The notes under the pieces are model-generated. The model ran no database searches, was not told where the DNA came from, and saw nothing but the letters and a program-made list of their open reading frames with translations. This document shows, piece by piece, positions 1 through 9,340 of a stretch of 64,000 bases of DNA. Source of the stretch: a virus; the IMG/VR virus record IMGVR_UViG_3300031541_000012, positions 25,494 through 89,493 of that record. The stretch is one strand, 5' to 3'. A program made the position numbers and the translations under genes. Every line of letters starts with the position of its first letter. Position 1 is the first letter of the stretch.

Positions 1-189
1 CATCACCGTTATATCAAGGGACTTGCATCCTTGACAGAAGAAGAATACGATGTCATTATCAACCAGCCGCGATTTGATGTCATTGAGATCGACAATGACT
101 TGTGGTTCAATGTCATGTTCGGGAAAGATTCTGAGCCGCGGAAGCAGTGGTTGAAGGATCAAACGCCGGAGATGATCAATGAGCCCTGA
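1..189 (+). CDS. DNA topoisomerase II large (gp39/gp60-like) subunit, C-terminal end
   Basis: Frame 1 reads HHRYIKGLASLTEEEY...MFGKDSEPRKQWL..*, a T4 gp60-like YIKGLxSL / RKxW terminus; truncated by window edge. Confidence 0.85.
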   Translation, partial: HHRYIKGLASLTEEEYDVIINQPRFDVIEIDNDLWFNVMFGKDSEPRKQWLKDQTPEMINEP

Positions 190-324
190 GGCAAAAGCTA
201 TCAAACAAAATACGCTTGAGCGTTACCGTTACTGTGTCGAAGACCGCGTCACAGGATTCGATGAGAGGCTGCGAGAAGCAGAGAAAAAACCAGACATTTA
301 TTGGGAAGAACAAGCACAAAGGAC

Positions 325-367
325 TTGACAAACCAAGGCACTTTGCTTATATTAATATGGTAAGCAA
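325..367 (+). promoter_or_regulatory. Early sigma70-type promoter with TTGCTTA/TAAGCAA inverted repeat
   Basis: TTGACA(325)-17nt-TATATT(348); same motif repeated elsewhere in the window. Confidence 0.8.
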
Positions 368-379
368 CGGAGATACCTT

Positions 380-649
380 ATGTCGATTCGTTTGGAAGAC
401 TATGTTGTAGACCAGCACGGTGACATCAAGTTGCTGGATGGTTATCGTCTTGTGTACCTCGACGAAGCCGGTATTTACGGTGATGTTGACCCCTACAGTG
501 ATGAGGGTATTGAACTGTTCCGTGCATGGTTGGTAGAGGCTGGCGTTTCGTCATATTCCCGCACACGTGAAGATTTCTTTATGTTTGAGGCCTGGGCCCA
601 AGCTGAAGAGGAAGGCAACAACTACCTTGTTGTGGAGGATTTGTCATGA
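380..649 (+). CDS. hypothetical early protein
   Basis: ORF with GGAG RBS after promoter. Confidence 0.7.
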   Translation: MSIRLEDYVVDQHGDIKLLDGYRLVYLDEAGIYGDVDPYSDEGIELFRAWLVEAGVSSYSRTREDFFMFEAWAQAEEEGNNYLVVEDLS

Positions 650-939
650 AACTCCCCAGTCTCACCTGGCTGCAACGGCGTCGTTTTAAAACTGCACTAC
701 GCACAATCAACGAGCAAGGAGAATTAACGTTTTCTCAAATAAGTTGTATTGTTGGCAATCCAGTCAAAAATGCACTTGCATTTGAGCTTGCTCATTCAAT
801 TGGTGAAGGCAAGATCACGGTTCGTTATGATGCGGTACAAGAAGGCATTTTTGTCGAATCACAAACATCAATTTTGGACTTCAGCAACAGCATCGATGTG
901 TTTAATGATGTTGAAGCTGTTTATATGAAGAAGGTGTAA
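646..939 (+). CDS. hypothetical protein
   Basis: ATGA overlap with upstream ORF. Confidence 0.65.
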   Translation: MKLPSLTWLQRRRFKTALRTINEQGELTFSQISCIVGNPVKNALAFELAHSIGEGKITVRYDAVQEGIFVESQTSILDFSNSIDVFNDVEAVYMKKV

Positions 940-941
940 TT

Positions 942-1166
942 ATGACTGACCTTATTAACATGCCCGCAGACCAGGTGCGTGAACTGGCAAAAACGGATCC
1001 TGATGCATTCGTTGAAAGCTTTGCACAAATGCTTTACGATCATGCAGAACGCGCAGGCGATGCTGAAGACAACGCAATTACCGAAGCAATCAAGGATCGT
1101 TATAACACCAAGATGCAGACCTACTTTGGTGCTGCTGAATATGTTCGCGGAATTTTGAGGGACTGA
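942..1166 (+). CDS. hypothetical protein
   Basis: Tightly packed ORF. Confidence 0.65.
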   Translation: MTDLINMPADQVRELAKTDPDAFVESFAQMLYDHAERAGDAEDNAITEAIKDRYNTKMQTYFGAAEYVRGILRD

Positions 1167-1167
1167 A

Positions 1168-1428
1168 ATGGCTTATATTACGACACTCAGCCCTAATGAC
1201 TTGCGCAACCATTTGATGATGGAAATGCGTATTGAACGAAGTGGTCGACTTGATGAATTCAAAACGCCATATGGCAAACGAGTTTTTTTGTTCGCACTCA
1301 AAGAATATCTTGAGGAGCGTGGCTGCAATACTGTTCCTGACGATCCACGTACCCGTTACCAATATGTTGTAACTGACACTGATATTGACACTGTATTGTC
1401 GCGTGTCTCAGAGGAGTTCAACCAATGA
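1168..1428 (+). CDS. hypothetical protein
   Basis: Tightly packed ORF with GAGG RBS. Confidence 0.65.
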   Translation: MAYITTLSPNDLRNHLMMEMRIERSGRLDEFKTPYGKRVFLFALKEYLEERGCNTVPDDPRTRYQYVVTDTDIDTVLSRVSEEFNQ

Positions 1429-1616
1429 AATCTTATGAAGAAGCCGTTTATACTGTTGCAGAACAGTATGCACACGAGGCACACGACAGCATGTTCGCTC
1501 GCGTCAATGCCGACAAGGTAGCGATGATTGCATTTATCTTTGACAAAGATTCTGGTGATGTATCCAAAGACGTTATGGGTACGTTTGTCGACAATCGTGA
1601 GGTATTTTGGAGGTGA
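1425..1616 (+). CDS. hypothetical protein
   Basis: ATGA overlap, GAGGAG RBS. Confidence 0.6.
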   Translation: MKSYEEAVYTVAEQYAHEAHDSMFARVNADKVAMIAFIFDKDSGDVSKDVMGTFVDNREVFWR

Positions 1617-1960
1617 AACTTTACGGATATATTTTGCCGGTAAGCGTCAACCTCCGAATAGTTCAAGAACGTGTTCGCAAGATGGTTGCGGACTCCAATA
1701 ACGATATTGGTGAATGTATTTGGCAAGCGTCTGACGGTCGTAACCTGAAACTTCACGAAATGTCTGATTTGCATGTAAATAACTGCATCACATTTCATCT
1801 TGACAATATCTCCCTTGGTAACTATCATCATAATGAAGTATTGACGGCACTTACAAGTGCCTTTTTGATGCTGGTATACCGCCAACATCGCATAAGAAAC
1901 AAAAGCTGGACATTGGGCACTAAGCTCAAAGCCTACCATAATGAGCCAATAGAAGAATGA
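1607..1960 (+). CDS. hypothetical protein (start uncertain)
   Basis: Fills gap and overlaps the gp52 start. Confidence 0.55.
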   Translation: MEVKLYGYILPVSVNLRIVQERVRKMVADSNNDIGECIWQASDGRNLKLHEMSDLHVNNCITFHLDNISLGNYHHNEVLTALTSAFLMLVYRQHRIRNKSWTLGTKLKAYHNEPIEE

Positions 1961-3279
1961 CAACAAAACAATATCAATTGAGCGACGTCGCAGAAAACGA
2001 AATGCTTAACTTCGCCAAGTATACAGTTGCTAGCCGTGCAATCCCTAGCATGATTGACGGGCTCAAGCCCGTGCAGAGATTTTATCTTTACTCAAGCCTG
2101 CAAAACAGCCGCCGTGACTTCAAGAAGGTCAGCGCAGTGAGCGGCGTGTTGAGTGACTATGGTTACAACCACGGCGAGGTTAGTGCAGCAGGCGCTGGCC
2201 AACTCATGGCTGCGACCTGGAAGAACAACGTGTGCCTTGTGGAAGGACGTGGTAGCTTTGGTACTCGCCAAGTGCAAGAGGCTGGCGCGGCGCGTTATGT
2301 CTACACCAAGGTAAGCGACAACTTCGACAAATATATCAAGGACCTTGAGCTCAGCCCTGAGCATGAGGACCCAGAGCATCAGCCTCCGGCATTTTATATT
2401 CCTGTTCTGCCCCTTGTACTACTCAATGGGGCGTCAGGCATTGCGACAGGCTTTGCGACAAACATTCTGCCGCGCAGTGAAGCTGACGTTACTGCATACA
2501 TACGCACACTGGTACAGGGCAAGCAACCCCGCCGTGATATTGCTGTTGAGTTTCCCGACTTCCGTGGTACCACAACATACGATGCCACAAATGATCGCTA
2601 TGTCTGCAAGGGCCTGTTCCGCAAGGTTGGCAAAACAAAACTGATCATCGAAGAGATCCCTTACGGATTTGATCGTGAAAGCTACATCAAGGTGTTGGAC
2701 GATCTGGAAGACGGCAGCCTCATCTACAGCTACGAAGACCAGACTGATAGTCGTGGATTCCGCTTTGAGGTAACACTCAAGCAACAGACATCTGCTAAGT
2801 GGAAGGACGCAGAGATTGAGCGGAAGTTCAAACTCAGCAAAAACCACAGCGAAAACCTTAACGTGATTGGTTGGAACGGGGAGTTGCGTGAGTACACTGA
2901 TGTTCGTGACATTATCTGTGACTTCGTGGACTTCCGCCTAGGCACACTCAAACAGCGCATAGCTCGTGAGATTGCTGAACACACTGAACTGTTGCGTTGG
3001 CTTAAAGTCAAGATTGAGTTTATTGAGGGTGTGTTGGACGACAAGATCACATTCAAAGGCAAGACACGCAAGCAAGTCAGCGAGCAAGTGATCAAGGTGA
3101 CAAGTGCCCTGGACAGCGACGTTAGCCGTCTGCTTGCACTCAACATTCTCAGCCTTACTAAGGAGCAAGTGGTCGCACTCCGGAAAGAGATTGCAGAAGC
3201 CAAGAAGTCTCTTACTTACTGGAAAAAGACTACAGCCACTGACCAATACATAGAAGACCTGGACGAACTCGATGCCTGA
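1957..3279 (+). CDS. DNA topoisomerase II medium subunit (gp52/GyrA-like)
   Basis: RAIPSMIDGLKPVQR, YNHGE, AARY catalytic Tyr, NGASGIATGF. Confidence 0.95.
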   Translation: MTTKQYQLSDVAENEMLNFAKYTVASRAIPSMIDGLKPVQRFYLYSSLQNSRRDFKKVSAVSGVLSDYGYNHGEVSAAGAGQLMAATWKNNVCLVEGRGSFGTRQVQEAGAARYVYTKVSDNFDKYIKDLELSPEHEDPEHQPPAFYIPVLPLVLLNGASGIATGFATNILPRSEADVTAYIRTLVQGKQPRRDIAVEFPDFRGTTTYDATNDRYVCKGLFRKVGKTKLIIEEIPYGFDRESYIKVLDDLEDGSLIYSYEDQTDSRGFRFEVTLKQQTSAKWKDAEIERKFKLSKNHSENLNVIGWNGELREYTDVRDIICDFVDFRLGTLKQRIAREIAEHTELLRWLKVKIEFIEGVLDDKITFKGKTRKQVSEQVIKVTSALDSDVSRLLALNILSLTKEQVVALRKEIAEAKKSLTYWKKTTATDQYIEDLDELDA

Positions 3280-3589
3280 TGATCTTTCACTTGCAATGAC
3301 TGATGTGATGTATGACATCATGCGTGAGGATGCCGACGCGCTCAAAAGCATAACTTTTAATGGCGACAGGTATATCCTGTTTGATTTTGATGACCGTTAT
3401 GATACTGATACCTCATATATGTGGATCATGGATTGGGTCTATCGACATGGAAACTTTGCCTGCGCACTGCCCCAAGAGCCATACTGGCTTGGTGCGGTAT
3501 TGCGCTCACCAGGCAACCCAGACCATATGGTACGTATGGAGGTACTTGACGACGAAGTGTTTGTCATGTTAAAGTTACAATATGGCTAA
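3272..3589 (+). CDS. small protein, C-terminal KL-motif family
   Basis: Ends EVLDDEVFVMLKLQYG. Confidence 0.7.
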   Translation: MPDDLSLAMTDVMYDIMREDADALKSITFNGDRYILFDFDDRYDTDTSYMWIMDWVYRHGNFACALPQEPYWLGAVLRSPGNPDHMVRMEVLDDEVFVMLKLQYG

Positions 3590-3893
3590 ACAAACATATC
3601 AATATACCAAACGCCGACACCGCAGAAAGTATGCGTTGCATCCGGCACAATTCAATCCTAATATTTGGATTGATGGTCCTGGCATGTATGCTGATTGTCC
3701 TCATCTTAAGGGTCTGGAATTCAGTGAGAAACAAGAGTCGGACTGGAGCATCAGACTGGCAAAAATACTGCGCGATGAGTGGAACATTAATGCCAGCAAC
3801 CTAACACTTGAATGGCAGGAAGAACATCGTCGTTACAAATTGAACTTCAATGACGACGAAGAATTTATCATGGTAAAATTGATACATGGCTAG
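3582..3893 (+). CDS. small protein, C-terminal KL-motif family
   Basis: Ends LNFNDDEEFIMVKLIHG. Confidence 0.7.
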   Translation: MAKQTYQYTKRRHRRKYALHPAQFNPNIWIDGPGMYADCPHLKGLEFSEKQESDWSIRLAKILRDEWNINASNLTLEWQEEHRRYKLNFNDDEEFIMVKLIHG

Positions 3894-4251
3894 ATTAAAA
3901 GTGGAGGGAGGGCGAAAATTGCCCCGACAACCTGGAAACATTGACATGGTCAAGACCCGGCTCTTAGACACATGGCCCAATGGTCGTCCATTCAAGCATG
4001 GTGCTATGGAAATACATTTCATCTTCCGGCCAGCCAGTCGTATCAGTGCTGAGGCTGATGTTGAAGCGGCAATGGAAGATTTACTTGGCTACACGCGCGG
4101 CAAGGAATACCATATCCCAGGTTGGAATTATCCGTCCGCATGTGATCGCGGTGAGTTTTGGAAGCAGCACCTCACGCTAACCTTCAATGACGACGAAACA
4201 TTTGTAATGACCAAACTGATGTGGGGAATCAATGATACGTCCGGAGATTAG
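3886..4251 (+). CDS. small protein, C-terminal KL-motif family
   Basis: LTFNDDETFVMTKLMWG near C-terminus. Confidence 0.7.
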   Translation: MARLKVEGGRKLPRQPGNIDMVKTRLLDTWPNGRPFKHGAMEIHFIFRPASRISAEADVEAAMEDLLGYTRGKEYHIPGWNYPSACDRGEFWKQHLTLTFNDDETFVMTKLMWGINDTSGD

Positions 4252-4534
4252 AGTACTGACTGATCACAGTCCTGAACAACCAAATAGAGTTTTCTTTGAG
4301 TATCATTGTCAAACCAATAACGATGCTTGGTTGTGTGTTAAGTGTATCATGGAATTTTTAGACTTGCATGATATTGATTACACAGTACATGCATTCCAGG
4401 CCAATCAAACACTCATGGAAATACCGTCACCTGAAGATCGTACAATATTACGACTGGCGTTTCCTCTTGCAATTGATGAACGTCGTGATGATAGCATGGA
4501 TGGCTACAGCGGCACAAGTATATTGATAATTTAA
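4232..4534 (+). CDS. small protein, divergent KL-motif family
   Basis: MEIPSPEDRTILRLAFP. Confidence 0.6.
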   Translation: MIRPEIRVLTDHSPEQPNRVFFEYHCQTNNDAWLCVKCIMEFLDLHDIDYTVHAFQANQTLMEIPSPEDRTILRLAFPLAIDERRDDSMDGYSGTSILII

Positions 4535-4587
4535 GGCGCACTTGACACGTTGGACTGAATAGTGTATTGTGATACAAAGGAGAAATC

Positions 4588-4728
4588 ATGAGGTTTCTTT
4601 TATTTGCAGCGTTGTTGGCATTGCCGGCATGTGATGCAAGCTTTAACTGTTGGTGGCCTGAGAGCGACGGGACAGTTTTAAACGAGGTAATATGTAAAAA
4701 TGACAACTTGGGCAATGGTAGACCTTGA
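4588..4728 (+). CDS. small putative lipoprotein (46 aa, not in ORF track)
   Basis: AAGGAG RBS, MRFLLFAALLALPAC lipobox; upstream TTGACA(4542)-17-TATTGT. Confidence 0.5.
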   Translation: MRFLLFAALLALPACDASFNCWWPESDGTVLNEVICKNDNLGNGRP

Positions 4729-5239
4729 GACTACCGCAACCATGTATGACGCTCGTGTTCTGACAATCGGCGCAGTAAAGTTTGACCCGTTCAGCTGGCG
4801 TGATACCCACAGCGATTTCTATATGCGTCTTGAGATTGAAGACCAGGAAGCCTGTGGACGTCGGGATGACCCCAACACACTTGATTGGTGGGGCCGTCAG
4901 GATCCAGCAGCAATTGAAGAAGCATTTGGCGACAATGGCGACCGTGTTGCGGTTATTGATATGCTCCGTGCACTCAAAAAGTGGTACGTGGGCTGCGATG
5001 GCATGTGGAGCCAGGGCAACATGGATATCGTTATACTAGAGCACATGTGCGATACGTATGGTGAGCCAATCCCATGGGCGCACTGGCAAGTGGGCGATAG
5101 CCGCAGTATCTTGCGCCGTATGGCTACAGATCCGCGCGGAGAAGCGCCCAAGTTTTTGGCGCACCATGCACTGGAAGACGCAAAGGCGCAAGTATGGGCT
5201 TGCCGTAAAGCGTTCCAGCATTTTAATATGACACGATGA
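4700..5239 (+). CDS. 3'-5' exonuclease, DEDDh (Rv2179c/DexA-like)
   Basis: MVDLET, IGAVKFDP, TLDWW, HHALEDA. Confidence 0.85.
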   Translation: MTTWAMVDLETTATMYDARVLTIGAVKFDPFSWRDTHSDFYMRLEIEDQEACGRRDDPNTLDWWGRQDPAAIEEAFGDNGDRVAVIDMLRALKKWYVGCDGMWSQGNMDIVILEHMCDTYGEPIPWAHWQVGDSRSILRRMATDPRGEAPKFLAHHALEDAKAQVWACRKAFQHFNMTR

Positions 5240-5595
5240 GTATTGACTGTCCAGGATCAGGTGGCATGCCACCTTATGTAGATAACGGATCAGTTGGATT
5301 GCGAATTCGACTACGATGGCACGACGATGGCGATGAAGGCGGCACGATGCAAGTATGGCACACCAATCCAACGCGCCATTATGAAATGCCAGTTCAACTT
5401 GGTCACCGTACCAACTTCAGTAAAAACTTACAACTAATGATCGGTGAACAAGTCACAACAGAATATTTTATAACTGAGTCCAATCGAAACCACACAGTGT
5501 TTGACTTTCCTAACAATGAGGATTTTACGCTGGCAAAGCTTTTGTATGACGGACCTAATCTACGTGACCTCGTAAACAATTATATTGAAAATTAG
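5236..5595 (+). CDS. small protein, KL-motif family
   Basis: FDFPNNEDFTLAKLLYDG. Confidence 0.65.
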   Translation: MSIDCPGSGGMPPYVDNGSVGLRIRLRWHDDGDEGGTMQVWHTNPTRHYEMPVQLGHRTNFSKNLQLMIGEQVTTEYFITESNRNHTVFDFPNNEDFTLAKLLYDGPNLRDLVNNYIEN

Positions 5596-5920
5596 ATCAT
5601 GGAAGATATGTTACGTGAACGTTCTGGGAGTTAATACACATCAGGAGAGCAGTTACGTTAGCATTTATTTTCGTGACCATCTAGCAACATACATGACTGA
5701 CTCCAGGAAGGCGCGTTGCCACTGCTCACAAATTGAAGTCTGGCTTGAAAACACGCATGGTATCAAACACACTGAATACATTATGCGTGACGTGTTTAGC
5801 CAGCCCAAAAGTCGACAAGGACACATACCAAATTTTTCATACACATTGCTCGACATGCATGATGAAGAAAATATCGTAGCACTAAAAACCTTTTATCCAG
5901 AATATCGAAGAGGAATCTAA
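5585..5920 (+). CDS. small protein, divergent KL-motif family
   Basis: [17 protein letters not shown]. Confidence 0.6.
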   Translation: MKIRSWKICYVNVLGVNTHQESSYVSIYFRDHLATYMTDSRKARCHCSQIEVWLENTHGIKHTEYIMRDVFSQPKSRQGHIPNFSYTLLDMHDEENIVALKTFYPEYRRGI

Positions 5921-5921
5921 T

Positions 5922-6539
5922 ATGACACTAGTCCCAATGGTAGTTGAGCGCACCAGCGAAGGTGAACGCGCATTTGACATTTACAGCCGCTTGCTCCGTG
6001 ACCGCATCGTAATGCTCAATGGTCCAGTGGAAGACACTATGGCAAACTTGGTTGTTAGCCAGTTGCTCTTCCTGGAGAGTGAGAATCCAGACAAGGACAT
6101 TACGATGTTTGTCAACAGCCCAGGCGGTGTTGTTACCGCAGGACTGAGCATCTACAACACCATGCAGTATATCCGTCCTGACGTCGCCACAGTGGTTACA
6201 GGACAAGCGGCAAGCATGGGTAGCTTCCTAGCGCAAGCTGGTGCTAAAGGCAAGCGCAGTATGTTGCCAGAGAGTCGTCACATGATTCACCGCGTCAGCA
6301 GCGGCGTTCATGGCACCAGTGGCAGCGTTTATGTTCAGGACCTTGAGATGGAAGACATGCAACGCCATCTCGCTGAAAGTCACAACTTGAATGATCGCTT
6401 GACTGAGATTTACGTCAAGCATAACAGCGCAGGCAAGAAGCTCAAAGAGGTCAAAGAGACCATGAAGTTTGACACCTTCCTCAGCGCCAAAGATGCAGTT
6501 GAATGGGGCTTGGCTGACAGCATTATCGAAAGCAGGTAA
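5922..6539 (+). CDS. clpP: ATP-dependent Clp protease proteolytic subunit
   Basis: [30 protein letters not shown] (Ser), MIH (His), Asp in FDTFLSA. Confidence 0.97.
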   Translation: MTLVPMVVERTSEGERAFDIYSRLLRDRIVMLNGPVEDTMANLVVSQLLFLESENPDKDITMFVNSPGGVVTAGLSIYNTMQYIRPDVATVVTGQAASMGSFLAQAGAKGKRSMLPESRHMIHRVSSGVHGTSGSVYVQDLEMEDMQRHLAESHNLNDRLTEIYVKHNSAGKKLKEVKETMKFDTFLSAKDAVEWGLADSIIESR

Positions 6540-6746
6540 CATGGAAGAGCATACCCGTCAAGTTCAAGATATGGGACTGGGTTGTGGTTTTTATCTGTGC
6601 TGACATTATTTCCAGTGCATTGTTTGCAGTCCTGGCTGGATCATTTGGTATGATTCTTTGGATGGCACTTGCCGCGGCATTTTGGTGGTTACACGAAGAA
6701 ACTGTCAAGGATCAGGTCCGAAAGGGACTGCGATAAGGAGACTTTT

Positions 6747-6953
6747 ATGGATAGAAAAGAACAGCTATTTGACTTGGCAAAAGGATATGCCAATACATAT
6801 GGCACTGACACATTAACACGTATCATTCTTGAAGAGCGTGGTGAGTTGACTGAAGAACGTGCCAAAGAAATTGACGATAGTGGACTTAAACTGGAAGAAC
6901 TTATCCGCAAGACTGTTCGGATGGGTTTGAATACTGAAAGCACAACTAAATAA
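6747..6953 (+). CDS. hypothetical protein
   Basis: TAAGGAG RBS before ATG 6747. Confidence 0.6.
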   Translation: MDRKEQLFDLAKGYANTYGTDTLTRIILEERGELTEERAKEIDDSGLKLEELIRKTVRMGLNTESTTK

Positions 6954-6959
6954 CACAGT

Positions 6960-7514
6960 ATGAAAATAATACTCTATGTCAAACAACACAATGTAACCAA
7001 ACTGAAATACTTTGGCAAAACAACCAAAGACGATCCATACGGCTACAAGGGTTCAGGAAAGTATTGGCGTAAACATTTGAAGAAACATGGTAACGATGTC
7101 ACAACTTTAGAGATTTTTGAATTTGATGATATTGAATCTTGCGAAACATTTGCGCTTGAATTTTCTCACAAACATAACATTGCTGAATCGACTGAATGGG
7201 CTAATTTAATACTAGAGAATGGTCGAAATGGTGTTCCAACAGGAACACCAGGTCTCAAAGGCAAAGATAGTCCAACCTATGGTATGACTGGTGAACTTAA
7301 TGGGTTTTATGGCAAGAAGCACACACCTGAAAATTTAGCATTGTTTCGTTCTTTTACTAGAGGGAAAAATGCAAACGCTAAACGTTGCCGAACACCATTG
7401 GGTGAATTTGAATGTACTAAAGATGCAGCAGATGCACACAAATTACATTTCGCAACCATAAGAAAATGTATTCATAATGGTAAACCTGATTATGAATACA
7501 TACAAGAGGTCTAG
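6960..7514 (+). mobile_element. free-standing GIY-YIG (Seg-like) homing endonuclease
   Basis: ILYVKQH..KYFGKT..YKGSGKYW, NUMOD3-like NGFYGKKHT; AT-rich; TAAATA upstream. Confidence 0.8.
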
Positions 7515-7574
7515 AGCTCGTCCCTCTTAAAAGATTCCGCGCACATGCGTAGATTAATGCCCTTATTCTACGCA
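7504..7574 (+). ncRNA. candidate preQ1-I-like riboswitch / leader RNA of queD
   Basis: AAGAGG-13nt loop-CCTCTT then A-rich tail; second hairpin TGCGTAGA/TCTACGCA before the RBS. Confidence 0.45.
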
Positions 7575-7593
7575 AATCTTACGGAGAATAGGA

Positions 7594-8094
7594 ATGAACC
7601 AACCAATAACTTACAAATACGTTAGCACAAAGGAATACCACGATGAGTTTCCATGTGCATACCGCCAGTGGCGAGCAGACTCGCACTGCAACTTAATCCA
7701 CGGCTATAGCTTCAGCATAAAGTTCTACTTTGGCACAAATGAATTAGATGTGCGCAATTGGGTAGCTGACTATGGTGGATTGAAAGAACTAAAAGGCTTC
7801 CTCAAGGACCAGTTTGATCACACTCTGCTTGTGGCAGAAGATGATCCTGAGTTTGAGATGTTCCAGCGGTTGCAAGAACGCAAGCTTGCAAAACTAACTG
7901 TCCTACCCAAGCTGGGCTGTGAAGGACTCGCTGATCAACTTTATAGGTATGTGAATGGAGTTTATATCCCGGATATGTGGGGTCCTACGGAAGCGAAAAG
8001 ACTTTGGTGTTTCAAAGTTGAAGTTCGCGAAACCCAGAGCAATATGGCTTACCGCGAAGGCCACAGAGAATGGAATGAGGACTTGTTCGCCTAG
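7594..8094 (+). CDS. queD: 6-carboxytetrahydropterin synthase
   Basis: SHCNLIHGY, DYGGLKELK, FDHTLLV, EVRETQSN. Confidence 0.9.
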   Translation: MNQPITYKYVSTKEYHDEFPCAYRQWRADSHCNLIHGYSFSIKFYFGTNELDVRNWVADYGGLKELKGFLKDQFDHTLLVAEDDPEFEMFQRLQERKLAKLTVLPKLGCEGLADQLYRYVNGVYIPDMWGPTEAKRLWCFKVEVRETQSNMAYREGHREWNEDLFA

Positions 8095-8377
8095 ATCTTT
8101 CACAATATACAATCACAATCGTTATGATGTGATTGAACGCGGATCTTATGACGAATACAACATGCTGATCAATATTGCTGACTTCCTGGAGTCAGACTCT
8201 ATGAGACAGAAGCTGATCATACTCGCCCACCTTGCGCATGAAGTATGTGACGATATTGCACAGCACGTTGAACTACATATGAACTTCAAGTTGGGCAGAT
8301 ACACTGACACCCAATCTTGTACTTTGTATGTATATGAGCCCGAGCGCTCAGCAATGGTAAAGTTGACATATAGTTGA
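8075..8377 (+). CDS. small protein, KL-motif family (start uncertain)
   Basis: Ends LYVYEPERSAMVKLTYS. Confidence 0.55.
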   Translation: MRTCSPRSFTIYNHNRYDVIERGSYDEYNMLINIADFLESDSMRQKLIILAHLAHEVCDDIAQHVELHMNFKLGRYTDTQSCTLYVYEPERSAMVKLTYS

Positions 8378-8721
8378 CAGACGATCTACAACTCAATATT
8401 GAGACTACTTGGATTGAAGAAACTGGCACCAATTACAACAGAGTAGTGGTGCTAACCTTCTTTACATCTGACTGTTTTAGTAGTGATGGCGATAAAATGC
8501 TACGCACAGTGGGAGAGCCACTCAGAGAGCGCGTGTCTGAAAAGATAGAACGCGAAGTGGGGCTCAAACATCATGAGGATTATATCTTTCATGCATATGA
8601 CGATACTGTTATGCGTGAAGGACGTTGGGCACCAGCACCGCTTGTAGGCGACATGCGCACTGTTATTCGTATCAGAGAGGAAGAGCATTTTGCAATGTTC
8701 AAACTACATTATTCATGGTAA
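8374..8721 (+). CDS. small protein, KL-motif family
   Basis: Ends IRIREEEHFAMFKLHYSW. Confidence 0.65.
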   Translation: MTDDLQLNIETTWIEETGTNYNRVVVLTFFTSDCFSSDGDKMLRTVGEPLRERVSEKIEREVGLKHHEDYIFHAYDDTVMREGRWAPAPLVGDMRTVIRIREEEHFAMFKLHYSW

Positions 8722-9014
8722 CTAAAGAAGAACTGATAAATAGGTATAAGGAAGTTCACGATCCCGAAGTATCTGTTAACGTATACGACCTTGGGTTGAT
8801 ATATGAGATAGATATTAACAAAGAAGGCAAGGTGGACGTTCTTATGACTTTGACGAGCCCGTTTTGTCCTGCAGGAGACGAAATCATCAATGACATTGTA
8901 GCTGCGTCTTATCACGCAGGAGCAACGGAGGTTGAGGTTAACATAACATTCCAGCCGGAATGGGGCCCAGACAAGATTTCCGAAGAAGGTAAGTTAGAGC
9001 TGGGACTGTTATAA
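8715..9014 (+). CDS. DUF59/SufT-like Fe-S assembly protein
   Basis: DPEVSVNVYDLGLIY, MTLTSPFCP, ITFQPEW. Confidence 0.9.
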   Translation: MVTKEELINRYKEVHDPEVSVNVYDLGLIYEIDINKEGKVDVLMTLTSPFCPAGDEIINDIVAASYHAGATEVEVNITFQPEWGPDKISEEGKLELGLL

Positions 9015-9028
9015 CGGGGGTAGGACCG

Positions 9029-9340
9029 GTGATACTTGACCAACTTGAACGCGCATTTATGGTCATTGGAGACAGGGTAATTACGGTAGGCAGTGGACCG
9101 AAAGCACTAGATGAATATGACATTAAGAATGAAAATGTCACAGCCGAACTAGTTGTTAAGCCGCGCCCAGTGATGCCACAGGAACCAATTGAGACCAGAG
9201 CAAGCCTAAACAACATGACCAAGCAAAAAATTTGCGATCTGAGCACTGAACGTTTTGGGGTCGAATTAAGCTTCCGCATAGAGAAGAAACATCTTATTAC
9301 AGAATTTCTAAATTTGCAGGATGCAGAAACAGGAGTCTAA
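9029..9340 (+). CDS. hypothetical protein
   Basis: ORF between Fe-S genes. Confidence 0.55.
   Translation: MILDQLERAFMVIGDRVITVGSGPKALDEYDIKNENVTAELVVKPRPVMPQEPIETRASLNNMTKQKICDLSTERFGVELSFRIEKKHLITEFLNLQDAETGV

Noticed and set aside
3272-4251. Diversity-generating retroelement explaining similar 3' ends
   Set aside because: No reverse transcriptase in the window and the similarity is short, mostly at protein level, without adenine-specific variation
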